Shown here: one piece after another, positions 10,128-19,507 of the stretch | Position numbering within the stretch: the first letter of the stretch is position 1 | Layout of the letters: each line of letters opens with the position of its first letter | Assembly (NCBI GenBank): GCA_905182015.1 | Contig: CAJIZT010000008.1 | Location: 57,801 to 121,800 of the forward strand | Length of the DNA stretch: 64,000 nt | DNA from: an alpha proteobacterium MED-G09 | Lineage (GTDB): Bacteria > Pseudomonadota > Alphaproteobacteria > MED-G09 | Reading direction: 5' to 3' | Made by a program: the position numbers and the translations under genes | The notes under the pieces: model-generated | Told to the model about the DNA's origin: nothing | Database searches by the model: none | What the model saw: only the letters and a program-made list of their open reading frames with translations

Positions 10128-10262
10128 ATGAAAAGAACATTCCAACCTAGCAACTTAGTTAGAAAAAGGCGCCACGGTTTCCGCTCGAGATTACAAACCG
10201 TTGGTGGAAGAAATATCTTGTCCAATAGAAGATCTAAAGGTAGAAAATCTCTATCAGCTTAA
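10128..10262 (+). CDS. rpmH: 50S ribosomal protein L34 (44 aa; absent from the ORF track because it is under 60 aa).
   Basis: Translation [44 protein letters not shown]. It lies immediately upstream of rnpA. Confidence 0.9.
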   Translation: MKRTFQPSNLVRKRRHGFRSRLQTVGGRNILSNRRSKGRKSLSA

Positions 10263-10265
10263 GCT

Positions 10266-10628
10266 ATGAAATCTGAAAGAAATCAAAATGACTCAAATAA
10301 AGAAGAGTGCATTTATGATAAAATAACAAAGCGTCCAGACTATATCCGAGCATCAACTGGATCTAACGTAAGGACATCAAGCTTGTTTTTACAAAAATTT
10401 AATAGAAAAGATAATGAAATTCCCCGTTACGGTATCACCGCAACAAAAAAAGTTGGTATTGCCGTGGATAGGAATAAAGCAAAAAGAAGATTGCGCCATG
10501 CAGTTAAGAAGGTGCTTCCCAAGTGGGGGGAAAGTGGTTACGACTATGTTGTTGTTGCGACAAAAAAAACTAATATTCTTCCATGGGATGTAATTATATC
10601 TGATTTGGAAAGAGCATTTAAGGAGTAG
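10266..10628 (+). CDS. rnpA: Ribonuclease P protein component.
   Basis: NKAKRRLRHAVKKVL and DYVVVATKK align with the RnpA NRIKRLxRExFR and DFVVVAKK motifs. It follows rpmH. Confidence 0.8.
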   Translation: MKSERNQNDSNKEECIYDKITKRPDYIRASTGSNVRTSSLFLQKFNRKDNEIPRYGITATKKVGIAVDRNKAKRRLRHAVKKVLPKWGESGYDYVVVATKKTNILPWDVIISDLERAFKE

Positions 10629-10633
10629 TATGG

Positions 10634-12346
10634 ATGAATGATAGCTCAAGATATATAGTCGCAATAGTTTTAGCTATGGTTATTCTTTTTAGCTGGCAAA
10701 TACTGTTTCCTGTTGAAGAACCTTTGACTGAAATTAATACCGCTAGTGTAGAATCAAATTTTTCTTCTACAGAACTCAGTCAAACTAATATCAGTAAATT
10801 AACTACAAAAGAATCATGCTCGTCAAGTCGTATTATTATCGAAAATGACAGATTGGAAGGTTCCATAGATCTTTGTGGTGCAAAAATTAATGAAATTTTT
10901 CTAAAGAAATTCAATAAAACTACTGATCCCAACAGTGATTACGTTCAGTTGTTTAGTGAATCATCTTATTGGGTCGATGCAGGTTGGTTGGCCCCAAGGG
11001 GTGCAGAATTTAAACTTCCAGATGATAAATCTTTATGGAAATTAGAATCTCAAAATAGCACTCTATCTCCAAGTTCACCGATAGAAATATCTTGGAATAA
11101 TGGTGAAGGATTAAAGTTTATTCAAACCTATTCAGTTGATAACGATTATCTTTTTTCATTCAAACAAGAGGTCGAGAATAGTTCGCCGGGCTTAATTACG
11201 TTGTTTCCTTTCAGTAAACTCTCTCGCCAAGAATTGCCGACTGATAGAGCTCTTGGGTTGCTTCACGAAGGACCAACAGGTTGGTTTGATGATAAGCTAG
11301 AAGAGCAAGATTATGATGATATTGAGAAAAATGATTTCCGTAGAGAATTTCAATCTGGCTGGATTGGGATCACGGATAAATACTGGGCTACAGCAATAAG
11401 CTCATCGGACGAAGGTGCTAAAAAAGCACATTTTAAAATTTCTAAGGACAGCGAAAGTGATATTTATCGAATTGGATATACTGGCGAGGCAATTAGTGCT
11501 TCTTCAGGGTCAACACTTTCATCGAATGGCCTAATATTCATAGGCGCCAAAGAAGTCGATATTATTCAAAATTACTCTAAAAATAAAAATCTACCAAAAT
11601 TTGACTTGATTATCGATTGGGGTTGGTTCTATTTTATCTCCAAACCCTTGTTTTATATTCTTGATTTTCTTTTTTCCTACACTGGTAACTTTGGCGTAGC
11701 AATTCTTCTCTTAACAGTCTTGATAAAATTAGTATTCTTCCCGGTTGTTAATAGATCTTATGTTCAAATGGCAAAAATGAGAAAAGTCCAGCCAGAAATT
11801 GCAAAAATGAAAGAGCTCTATGGCGATGATCGTCAACGTATGGCACAAGAAATGCAATCTCTGTACAAAAAAGAAGAGTTAAAGCCCTTATCAGGATGCC
11901 TTCCAGTGTTTATCCAAATTCCTGTATTTTTTGCCTTATATAACGTTCTTTTGGTAACAATTGAAATGCGTCACGCTCCATTTATTGGTTGGATTAGAGA
12001 CCTTTCCGCGCCAGACCCGCTGTCTGTTTTTAATTTATTTGGCCTCATAAGCTGGACACCCCCACAAATACTAATGATTGGTGTTTTTCACCTTCTGTTT
12101 GGATTAACCTTCATGCTGCAAACTAAACTGAACCCTGCTCCAACTGATCCAATTCAAAAAACTCTTTTCACATGGATGCCAATATTTATGATCTTTATAG
12201 CTGCTAATTTTCCAATAGGCCTTGTGATTTACTGGGCGTGGAATGGTCTCTTATCAATAATGCAACAAGCGTATATTATGAGACAACAAGGAATGGAAAT
12301 TGCACTTTTTGCAAGCTTTGGAAAAAAAGAAAATCCTAACGATTAG
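10634..12346 (+). CDS. yidC: Membrane protein insertase YidC.
   Basis: 570 aa with a large periplasmic domain and a C-terminal five-TM core (PIGLVIYWAWNGLLSIMQQ). It sits in the conserved rnpA-yidC-engB position. Confidence 0.9.
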   Translation: MNDSSRYIVAIVLAMVILFSWQILFPVEEPLTEINTASVESNFSSTELSQTNISKLTTKESCSSSRIIIENDRLEGSIDLCGAKINEIFLKKFNKTTDPNSDYVQLFSESSYWVDAGWLAPRGAEFKLPDDKSLWKLESQNSTLSPSSPIEISWNNGEGLKFIQTYSVDNDYLFSFKQEVENSSPGLITLFPFSKLSRQELPTDRALGLLHEGPTGWFDDKLEEQDYDDIEKNDFRREFQSGWIGITDKYWATAISSSDEGAKKAHFKISKDSESDIYRIGYTGEAISASSGSTLSSNGLIFIGAKEVDIIQNYSKNKNLPKFDLIIDWGWFYFISKPLFYILDFLFSYTGNFGVAILLLTVLIKLVFFPVVNRSYVQMAKMRKVQPEIAKMKELYGDDRQRMAQEMQSLYKKEELKPLSGCLPVFIQIPVFFALYNVLLVTIEMRHAPFIGWIRDLSAPDPLSVFNLFGLISWTPPQILMIGVFHLLFGLTFMLQTKLNPAPTDPIQKTLFTWMPIFMIFIAANFPIGLVIYWAWNGLLSIMQQAYIMRQQGMEIALFASFGKKENPND

Positions 12347-12353
12347 TTGAAGC

Positions 12354-12995
12354 ATGGAAACTATTAATAAAAAAAACAGCACTTTAAAAAATAAAAAAAA
12401 CCTTTTTTCAAACCAATGTCGTTTTATTAAAGGGGTTGCGTCCGTTGAGGGTTTGGAAAATTCAATAATACCAGAGGTTGCATTCCTAGGAAGATCGAAT
12501 GTTGGAAAATCAAGTCTGTTGAATGCCATAACAAAAAGAGCTAAATTAGCCCACACTTCAAAGACTCCTGGAAGAACACAAGAACTAAACTTTTTTTCTT
12601 TTGGAGAAGAAAAACCTATACTTACTATTGTTGATATGCCTGGATATGGCTTTGCCAAGGCATCAAAATCTAAAATAGCCGAATGGACTGAACTTTCAAA
12701 ATTCTACCTATCGAATAGATCGAACCTGCGGCGGGTATTCCTTTTAATTGATTCAAGGCATGACATAAAAGTCTCGGATGAGGAGATAATGTCTATGCTT
12801 GATAATTGCGCAGTTTCTTATCAGATAGTTTTAACAAAAATTGATAAAATAAAAGATAGGAATAAAAAAATTCTTGAAATTCAGGATTCAATAAAAAAAT
12901 ATATTGCAGTACACCCGGAAATACTTTCCACGTCATCACATAAAGATTTGGGTCTTGGAGACCTAAGGAATGAAATATCAACTATGGTAGATTAA
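12354..12995 (+). CDS. engB: Ribosome biogenesis GTP-binding protein EngB/YihA.
   Basis: G1 motif VAFLGRSNVGKSSLLNAI, DMPGYGFA and TKIDK motifs. Confidence 0.85.
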   Translation: METINKKNSTLKNKKNLFSNQCRFIKGVASVEGLENSIIPEVAFLGRSNVGKSSLLNAITKRAKLAHTSKTPGRTQELNFFSFGEEKPILTIVDMPGYGFAKASKSKIAEWTELSKFYLSNRSNLRRVFLLIDSRHDIKVSDEEIMSMLDNCAVSYQIVLTKIDKIKDRNKKILEIQDSIKKYIAVHPEILSTSSHKDLGLGDLRNEISTMVD

Positions 12996-13037
12996 GCTAT
13001 ACTAGACTATAAGAAATAAAATTTATGAGGAAATACT

Positions 13038-13937
13038 ATGAGTAAAGATAAGAGAGTAGTTAAGGATTGGTTGAATAATGCCGATATATTAACAGGGGCA
13101 CTCCCTTATATGCAGAAATATAATGGCTCAATAATTGTTATTAAATATGGCGGAAACGCAATGGCGGATATTGCTTTAGTGGAATCTTTTTGTAACGATA
13201 TAGTCTTTCTTAAACAAAGCGGTTTAAAGCCAGTTATTGTTCATGGTGGTGGCCCACAAATTGGATCGATGCTTGAGAGGTTAGGAATAAAAACTAAATT
13301 TGAGTCTGGTATTAGAATTACAGATGAAAGCACTTTAGAAGTTGTTGAAATGGTTCTTGCAGGCAGAATCAATAAAAATATAGCATCAAAAATAAACTCC
13401 GCAGGAGGAAAGGCAGTCGGAATATCAGGTAAGGACGGCTCCATGATCATTGCAGAAAAATTAACAAATCGAAAAAGTGACAATGAATCTAATATAGAAA
13501 AAATTATTGATTTAGGCTATGTGGGCTTTCCCAAAAAAATTAATAATGGAATTATTGAAACTCTTATAAATAATGACTTTATTCCAATAATAGCTCCGCT
13601 AGGGATAGGTGTGGATGGGAAAACATACAACATAAATGCTGATACAGCCGCTGGAGCAATAGCATCATCTTTAAAATCTAAAAGATTGCTTATCTTAACG
13701 GATGTAGAGGGCGTTCTGGACTCAGAGAAAAATCTTGTTGAGGAAATCAATGAAGAGAAAATTAAAGAAATGATTGATTCCGGAGAAGTTTCCGGAGGAA
13801 TGATACCAAAATTAAATACGTGCTTGGATAGCACCTCAAATGGTGTTGAGGCAGCTGTTATAGTTGATGGAAGAGTTAAGCATGCAGTTTTGCTTGAGCT
13901 ATTTACCGATCATGGCGCCGGCACACTGGTTCGTTAG
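13038..13937 (+). CDS. argB: Acetylglutamate kinase.
   Basis: IVIKYGGNAM, VHGGGPQIG, ILTDVEGV and a C-terminal GAGTLV motif. Confidence 0.9.
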   Translation: MSKDKRVVKDWLNNADILTGALPYMQKYNGSIIVIKYGGNAMADIALVESFCNDIVFLKQSGLKPVIVHGGGPQIGSMLERLGIKTKFESGIRITDESTLEVVEMVLAGRINKNIASKINSAGGKAVGISGKDGSMIIAEKLTNRKSDNESNIEKIIDLGYVGFPKKINNGIIETLINNDFIPIIAPLGIGVDGKTYNINADTAAGAIASSLKSKRLLILTDVEGVLDSEKNLVEEINEEKIKEMIDSGEVSGGMIPKLNTCLDSTSNGVEAAVIVDGRVKHAVLLELFTDHGAGTLVR

Positions 13938-13946
13938 GGTATATAA

Positions 13947-14633
13947 ATGGATTTATCATCAATTGAAAGCTGGGTATTTGATTTAGACAACACATTATAT
14001 CCTCCAGAAGAGAAAATATTTGATCAAATAGATAGGAAAATGACATCCTTTATCTCAGAACACTTAAAGATAGATAAGAATGAGGCTTTTAATATTCAAA
14101 AAAATTACTTTTTAGAGTACGGAACAACGCTTGCCGGCTTAATGCATGATAGAGAAAATAATGTAGATCCCGACGAGTTCTTAAAATTTGTTCATGATAT
14201 TGAATTGCAATCCTTGAATTCGGATCCAGAGCTTAGAAATACAATTCTTGGTCTTCCGGGAACAAAATTTATCTTCACAAATGGTACCACCGCTCATGCA
14301 GAAAGCGTATTAAAAAAACTAGAACTCGAAAATATTTTTGAATCTATATTTGATATAAGGGCAGCAAATTATATTCCAAAGCCAAATCTTGAAGCATATA
14401 ATTTATTTATTAAATCAACCAATATTAACCCGCACTCTTCAATTATGTTTGAGGATATGGGAAGAAATCTTCCGCCAGCTAAATCTCTAGGGATGACAAC
14501 CGTGTTGATTAAGAGAAATATACCCAATAGTAGGAATGTACTTCAAGAAAAAAAATATGCTAATCTTTGGAGCCAGGATGTTGACGCTGATTATATTATT
14601 GACGACTTAGTAAAGTTCCTCAATAACAGGTAG
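13947..14633 (+). CDS. HAD-superfamily hydrolase, pyrimidine 5'-nucleotidase-like.
   Basis: HAD motif I WVFDLDNTLY, then FIFTNGT and a FEDMGRNL tail. It sits between argB and dapD, as in other alphaproteobacteria. Confidence 0.65.
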   Translation: MDLSSIESWVFDLDNTLYPPEEKIFDQIDRKMTSFISEHLKIDKNEAFNIQKNYFLEYGTTLAGLMHDRENNVDPDEFLKFVHDIELQSLNSDPELRNTILGLPGTKFIFTNGTTAHAESVLKKLELENIFESIFDIRAANYIPKPNLEAYNLFIKSTNINPHSSIMFEDMGRNLPPAKSLGMTTVLIKRNIPNSRNVLQEKKYANLWSQDVDADYIIDDLVKFLNNR

Positions 14634-14663
14634 ATAAATAAATTAAAATCTAAAGAGTGAATT

Positions 14664-15494
14664 ATGAGTAATGAAAGAATTAAAACGATAGAAAAAGCAT
14701 TTGATGACATAGAAAATATCAATTCCAGCTCTTCAGTTGGTATAATTAATGCAATAGAATCTACGATAGAAGATATCGATAAAGGAAAAATACGAGTCGC
14801 AGAAAAAATTAGTGGCGAATGGACCATTAACCAGTGGATAAAAAAGTCGATACTTTTATATTTTCGTATAAATGATATGAAGTTAATTTCCGGAAGTTCT
14901 GGAAATACGTACTGGTGGGATAAAATAGAATCAAAATTTCATCAATGGGATAAAAAACAATTTATCGAGGCTGGTTTTAGGGCCGTCCCCGGATCAATTG
15001 TCAGAAAAGGCTCCTATGTTGCAAAAGGAAGTGTCTTGATGCCTAGCTTTATTAATATAGGTGCTTATGTGGGCTCAGGAACAATGGTAGATACTTGGGC
15101 AACAATAGGATCTTGCGCACAGATAGGGTCCAATTGTCATATATCAGGGGGTGCCGGTATAGGCGGCGTTCTTGAACCTCTTCAAGCAAACCCAGTAATT
15201 ATTGAAGATAATTGCTTTATAGGGGCAAGGGCAGAAGTCGCAGAAGGAGTAATTGTCAAAGAAGGATCGGTTCTCTCGATGGGTGTATTTCTTTCATCCT
15301 CAACCCCTATTGTTGATAGGGAGACAGGAAAAATAATTCGGGGAGAGGTTCCACCTTACTCAGTTATTATTCCCGGAACTTTTTCTCCAAACGGCGATTC
15401 CTCAAAACCATCATTGTATTGCGCAGTGATAGTGAAAACAGTTGACGAAAGAACGCGATCCAAAACTTCAATTAATGAGCTTCTTAGAGATTAA
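14664..15494 (+). CDS. dapD: 2,3,4,5-tetrahydropyridine-2,6-dicarboxylate N-succinyltransferase.
   Basis: Left-handed beta-helix hexapeptide repeats ([38 protein letters not shown]). The product is 276 aa and lies adjacent to dapE. Confidence 0.85.
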   Translation: MSNERIKTIEKAFDDIENINSSSSVGIINAIESTIEDIDKGKIRVAEKISGEWTINQWIKKSILLYFRINDMKLISGSSGNTYWWDKIESKFHQWDKKQFIEAGFRAVPGSIVRKGSYVAKGSVLMPSFINIGAYVGSGTMVDTWATIGSCAQIGSNCHISGGAGIGGVLEPLQANPVIIEDNCFIGARAEVAEGVIVKEGSVLSMGVFLSSSTPIVDRETGKIIRGEVPPYSVIIPGTFSPNGDSSKPSLYCAVIVKTVDERTRSKTSINELLRD

Positions 15495-15498
15495 AGAA

Positions 15499-16656
15499 AT
15501 GATAAATATAGGCACAGGCGATCCAATTAAACTAACTAAAAATCTAATTAGACATCGCTCTATTACGCCCGTAAACGATGGGGCAATAGAACAATTATCT
15601 CATTGGCTAGAAGAGCTAGGATTTAGCTGTAATATCCTTAGTTTTGATCAAGAAGGAACTGATACAGTTAAAAATCTTTGGGCTAAAGTAGGAAGTGAAG
15701 GACCAACTATCTGTTTCGCAGGTCACACAGATGTTGTTCCTACAGGAAATATTGATGAATGGTCATCTAATCCCTTCGAAGCAGTTGAAATAGATAACAA
15801 AATAATTGGACGTGGTGCGGCAGATATGAAGGGTGCAATAGCATCATTCATTGCTGCAACAAAGAAATTTATTGAAGAAAATCCAGATTTTCCTGGGTCA
15901 ATAGGGTTTATAATAACTGGAGACGAAGAAGGGTGTGCAGTTAACGGCACAAAAAAAATCCTACGGTGGATGGAGAAAAAGAATTTAACATTTGATGACT
16001 GTATAGTTGGTGAACCAACTAATCCAAGTTATCTGGGTGAGATGATTAAAATTGGAAGGCGTGGTAGTGTAAATGGAATCATTACAGTCGAAGGAATTCA
16101 AGGACATGTCGCTTACCCGCATTTAGCTGATAACCCTATACCAAAGCTATTAAGAATATTAGAAAATTTAATCAAAGATAATCTAGACAATGGAACCGAC
16201 CACTTCCAACCATCAAATATTGAAATCACATCAATTGATATTGGTAATGAGGCTACCAATGTTATTCCTCACAAAGCCTCTGCTAATTTTAATATTCGAT
16301 ATAATGATATTTTTGATAATAAAAAAATAGAAGAGGAAGTGCATAAAAGAGTAAGAGTTCTAAATTATAATTATTCTATAAACTTTGAGCACTCCGGTGA
16401 TGCTTTTCTAACTCACCCAGGGCAGTTTACGAAGAACCTGTCTAATATTATTGAAAACCAAACAGGGAGGAGGCCTGAGCTATCGACTTCTGGAGGAACA
16501 TCAGACGCCAGATTCATTAAAGATTATGGAAATGTCGTTGAGTTTGGTTTAGTCGGCGCCACTATGCACAAAATAGATGAATCAGCCTCAATAGAAGATA
16601 TTAGAAATCTTACAGAGATATACTATCAAACTTTAAAGAAGTATTTTTACTCATAA
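15499..16656 (+). CDS. dapE: Succinyl-diaminopimelate desuccinylase. The tracked ORF begins at 15442 and overlaps dapD; 15499 (MINIGTG...) or 15475 is the more likely start.
   Basis: M20 peptidase motifs (FAGHTDVVP, GRGAADMKG, ITGDEEG). The N-terminus aligns with the DapE IELTQQLI region (IKLTKNLI). Confidence 0.8.
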   Translation: MINIGTGDPIKLTKNLIRHRSITPVNDGAIEQLSHWLEELGFSCNILSFDQEGTDTVKNLWAKVGSEGPTICFAGHTDVVPTGNIDEWSSNPFEAVEIDNKIIGRGAADMKGAIASFIAATKKFIEENPDFPGSIGFIITGDEEGCAVNGTKKILRWMEKKNLTFDDCIVGEPTNPSYLGEMIKIGRRGSVNGIITVEGIQGHVAYPHLADNPIPKLLRILENLIKDNLDNGTDHFQPSNIEITSIDIGNEATNVIPHKASANFNIRYNDIFDNKKIEEEVHKRVRVLNYNYSINFEHSGDAFLTHPGQFTKNLSNIIENQTGRRPELSTSGGTSDARFIKDYGNVVEFGLVGATMHKIDESASIEDIRNLTEIYYQTLKKYFYS

Positions 16657-17390
16657 TCTACCTTTATTAACGACAGTCCCTCGGATGGAGCAACTGGACC
16701 GCATAAAGTCCTATCCCTACCCTCTAAAATCTCTTTAATTTTTCTTTCGTCCCACTTTCCTTCGCCAACCAACTTGAGTGATCCAACAATTGATCGGACT
16801 TGATTGTGAAGGAAGGACCTCGCAGAAACTATTATCTTTATCTCTAATCTTTCTTTCTGAATTTTAATAATATCAATTGTTTTAATTGGCGACCTAGATT
16901 GGCAGTGAGTTGAACGAAACGTTGTAAAATCATGATTACCCAATAAATATTTTGATGCTTTAATCATAGGTTCAATATCTAGATTTTTTCCTACTCGCCA
17001 ATATTTCCCCTTATCTAGTGTTAGCGGAGCTCGTCTATTAATTATTCCATACTGATAGTGTCTTTTTATAGCAGAGAATCTTGCATGAAATTTATCTGTT
17101 ACCTCTTCAGCATTCAAGATTGCAATTGGGTGAGGTTTTAGATGGCTATTTAATGCCTCCCTTAACTCATTGCAATCTGTTACTCTCTCTAAGTCAAAAT
17201 GTGCAACTTGACCGTGAGCATGAACGCCTGAATCCGTCCTGCCGGCTGCAAAAATCTTAACATCCTCACCGCAAAAACCTTTAATGGCTTGAGAGAGAAA
17301 ATCCTGAACCCCACTAATATCTCTTTGACTCTGCCACCCGTTAAAGGGAAGGCCATTATATTCTATTATTAATTTCCAGCGGGAAGTCAT
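16647..17390 (-). CDS. truA: tRNA pseudouridine(38-40) synthase.
   Basis: FAAGRTDSGVHAHGQVAHFD contains the catalytic Asp. The product is 247 aa, downstream of fmt. Confidence 0.85.
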   Translation of the reverse strand: MTSRWKLIIEYNGLPFNGWQSQRDISGVQDFLSQAIKGFCGEDVKIFAAGRTDSGVHAHGQVAHFDLERVTDCNELREALNSHLKPHPIAILNAEEVTDKFHARFSAIKRHYQYGIINRRAPLTLDKGKYWRVGKNLDIEPMIKASKYLLGNHDFTTFRSTHCQSRSPIKTIDIIKIQKERLEIKIIVSARSFLHNQVRSIVGSLKLVGEGKWDERKIKEILEGRDRTLCGPVAPSEGLSLIKVDYE

Positions 17391-18334
17391 TAATTTAAAA
17401 TAGAACCAATCTCGATTGGATTCCCCCTTAAATAATCTTTTGCATCCATCTTTTTACCACCTTCCGGCTGTACCTTAAGAACCCTTAAGGATTTTTCACC
17501 ACACCCAACTGTTAGAGAATCCATGACCTCACCTGACTTGCTTTCCAAGGGATCAATGGCGGCCTCCAAAACTTTTATCCTTTTGCCTCCAGGGGATAAA
17601 AACCATGGGCTTGGAGATGGATTTAGTGCCCTTATTAGTAAAAAAATATCTTCAGCCCTATTGTTCCAATCTATCCTACTTTCACTTTTTAAGATCTTAG
17701 AAGCATATGTAGCTCCAATGGTTTCTTGAGGAACCTCGGAAATACTCCCACTCACATACCCTTCAATAGTATGAATTAGCTCGGAGGAAGCCTTATCTGA
17801 CAATTCATTATGAAGTAAGCCTCCATTATACTTATAGTTAATAGGAATCTTAAATTTAGCAATCACCCCTCCAGTATCCAGCCCTTCATCCATAACCATG
17901 AAGGAAATTCCGGTTTCCTTATCTCCCTCCATCATGCATCGTTGAATAGGCGCCGCCCCCCTCCACCTAGGCAAGAGGGATGCGTGGATATTGAGACATC
18001 CGAAACGGGGCAAAGATAGAATCTTCTTTGGTAAAATTATACCGTAGGCAGATACTATAATTATATCAGGAGATATTTCTTTTAAACTTATAACATCTTC
18101 ATGCTGAGTAAAGTTAGGCGGGGTTAAAACAGGAATATTATTACTTAAAGCTAAATCATGAACTGGAGAATTATTACTCTTCATTCCTCTCCCTGATCTC
18201 CTGGGGGGCTGGGTGTAAACAGCCTCAACACTATGTTCACTTTTTATTAATATCTTTAAGGGGTTAACTGAAAAATCAGGCGTTCCCATAAAAACTATCC
18301 TAAGCGGTGAATTATAACCAGATACATTAATCAT
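17390..18334 (-). CDS. fmt: Methionyl-tRNA formyltransferase.
   Basis: RIVFMGTPDFSV N-terminus, then NIHASLLPRWRGAAPIQR (formyl-transferase SLLP motif). Confidence 0.85.
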   Translation of the reverse strand: MINVSGYNSPLRIVFMGTPDFSVNPLKILIKSEHSVEAVYTQPPRRSGRGMKSNNSPVHDLALSNNIPVLTPPNFTQHEDVISLKEISPDIIIVSAYGIILPKKILSLPRFGCLNIHASLLPRWRGAAPIQRCMMEGDKETGISFMVMDEGLDTGGVIAKFKIPINYKYNGGLLHNELSDKASSELIHTIEGYVSGSISEVPQETIGATYASKILKSESRIDWNNRAEDIFLLIRALNPSPSPWFLSPGGKRIKVLEAAIDPLESKSGEVMDSLTVGCGEKSLRVLKVQPEGGKKMDAKDYLRGNPIEIGSILN

Positions 18335-18851
18335 TTTCGATAAAATCTTCTGAACGACTTTTTATGGACCTCTTAATAGCCCTATCTTTCTTTAATCTTG
18401 ATAAGTGATCAACAAAAACAATTCCATTTAAGTGATCCATTTCATGCTGTATGACAGTTGCGAGCATCCCTGAGCAGCGCATACTTTTTTCCACTCCCTT
18501 AACGTCCATGAAGCGAACAGTACACTCGTCTGGTCTTTCAATTTCTTCCCAAACACCGGGTACTGATAAGCACCCTTCCTCAAAAGAACTAAGGTTTTCA
18601 GTGGGATCAATAATTTCAGGGTTAATAAAAAAATATGGATCACGATTCTCTTCATCACGAGAAATATCTATCACTAGCATTCTTTTAGATATACCAATTT
18701 GTATGGCAGCCAATCCTATACCTGGTGCTGCATACATTGTTTCAAGCATATCCTCTAGTATAGCTAAAACTTCATCATTAATATTATCTACTGTCTCAGA
18801 TACCTTTTTCAATAAAGGATTAGGAACTGTTATAATTTCTCTTATTGCCAT
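18327..18851 (-). CDS. def: Peptide deformylase.
   Basis: Motifs GIGLAAIQIG, EGCLSVPG and QHEMDHLNG. Confidence 0.9.
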   Translation of the reverse strand: MAIREIITVPNPLLKKVSETVDNINDEVLAILEDMLETMYAAPGIGLAAIQIGISKRMLVIDISRDEENRDPYFFINPEIIDPTENLSSFEEGCLSVPGVWEEIERPDECTVRFMDVKGVEKSMRCSGMLATVIQHEMDHLNGIVFVDHLSRLKKDRAIKRSIKSRSEDFIEND

Positions 18852-18902
18852 TCCCTTTGATAAACCTCCTACAAAAAGAGTTCAAGTCACATGTAAAGGT
18901 TT

Positions 18903-19496
18903 TTAAAATGGTTGACGAGATTTTAAGGCTGTTTGCAATGTTCCATCGTCCATATAATCTAGTTCTCCACCTACCGGAACACCATGAGCCAATCGAGAAA
19001 CTTTAACACTAAAGTCCTTTAATTGATCTGTAATATAGTAGGCTGTGGTTTGCCCATCGATTGTTGCATTCATCGCCAGAATAATTTCATGAACCTCAGA
19101 GCCCTGAGCCCTTTCAACTAAGCTATTAATTCCTAGATCCTCTGGGCCGACCCCATCGATTGCCGATAATGTCCCGCCCAAGACATGATACATGCCATTA
19201 TGAACTGATGCTCTTTCTAAAGCCCACAGATCTGCAATCTCTTCAATCACGACAATTATTGATACATCTCTTCGCTTATCATTACAGACTGAACATATTT
19301 CAGATGTATCTAGGTTACCGCAAATTTTGCAATTAACGATTGAATTAGCAGTGGTTATTAATGATTCAGCTAAAGGCTTCATTAATGATTCTGGTTTCTT
19401 TAAAAGATTAAGAGCCATCCTTCTTGCTGACCTTGGTCCAATGCCAGGAAGACGTGATAAAAGTGATATTAAGTTATCTATTTCGGAATTATTCAT
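18903..19496 (-). CDS. recR: Recombination protein RecR.
   Basis: [13 protein letters not shown] helix-hairpin-helix, C4 zinc finger [16 protein letters not shown], and a Toprim region. Confidence 0.9.
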   Translation of the reverse strand: MNNSEIDNLISLLSRLPGIGPRSARRMALNLLKKPESLMKPLAESLITTANSIVNCKICGNLDTSEICSVCNDKRRDVSIIVVIEEIADLWALERASVHNGMYHVLGGTLSAIDGVGPEDLGINSLVERAQGSEVHEIILAMNATIDGQTTAYYITDQLKDFSVKVSRLAHGVPVGGELDYMDDGTLQTALKSRQPF

Positions 19497-19507
19497 ATTT
19501 ACCTCAA

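Noticed and set aside
12254-12658. A 134-aa minus-strand ORF spanning the yidC end and engB start.
   Set aside because: It overlaps two conserved plus-strand genes and has no recognisable motif. It is an antisense artefact of AT-rich sequence.
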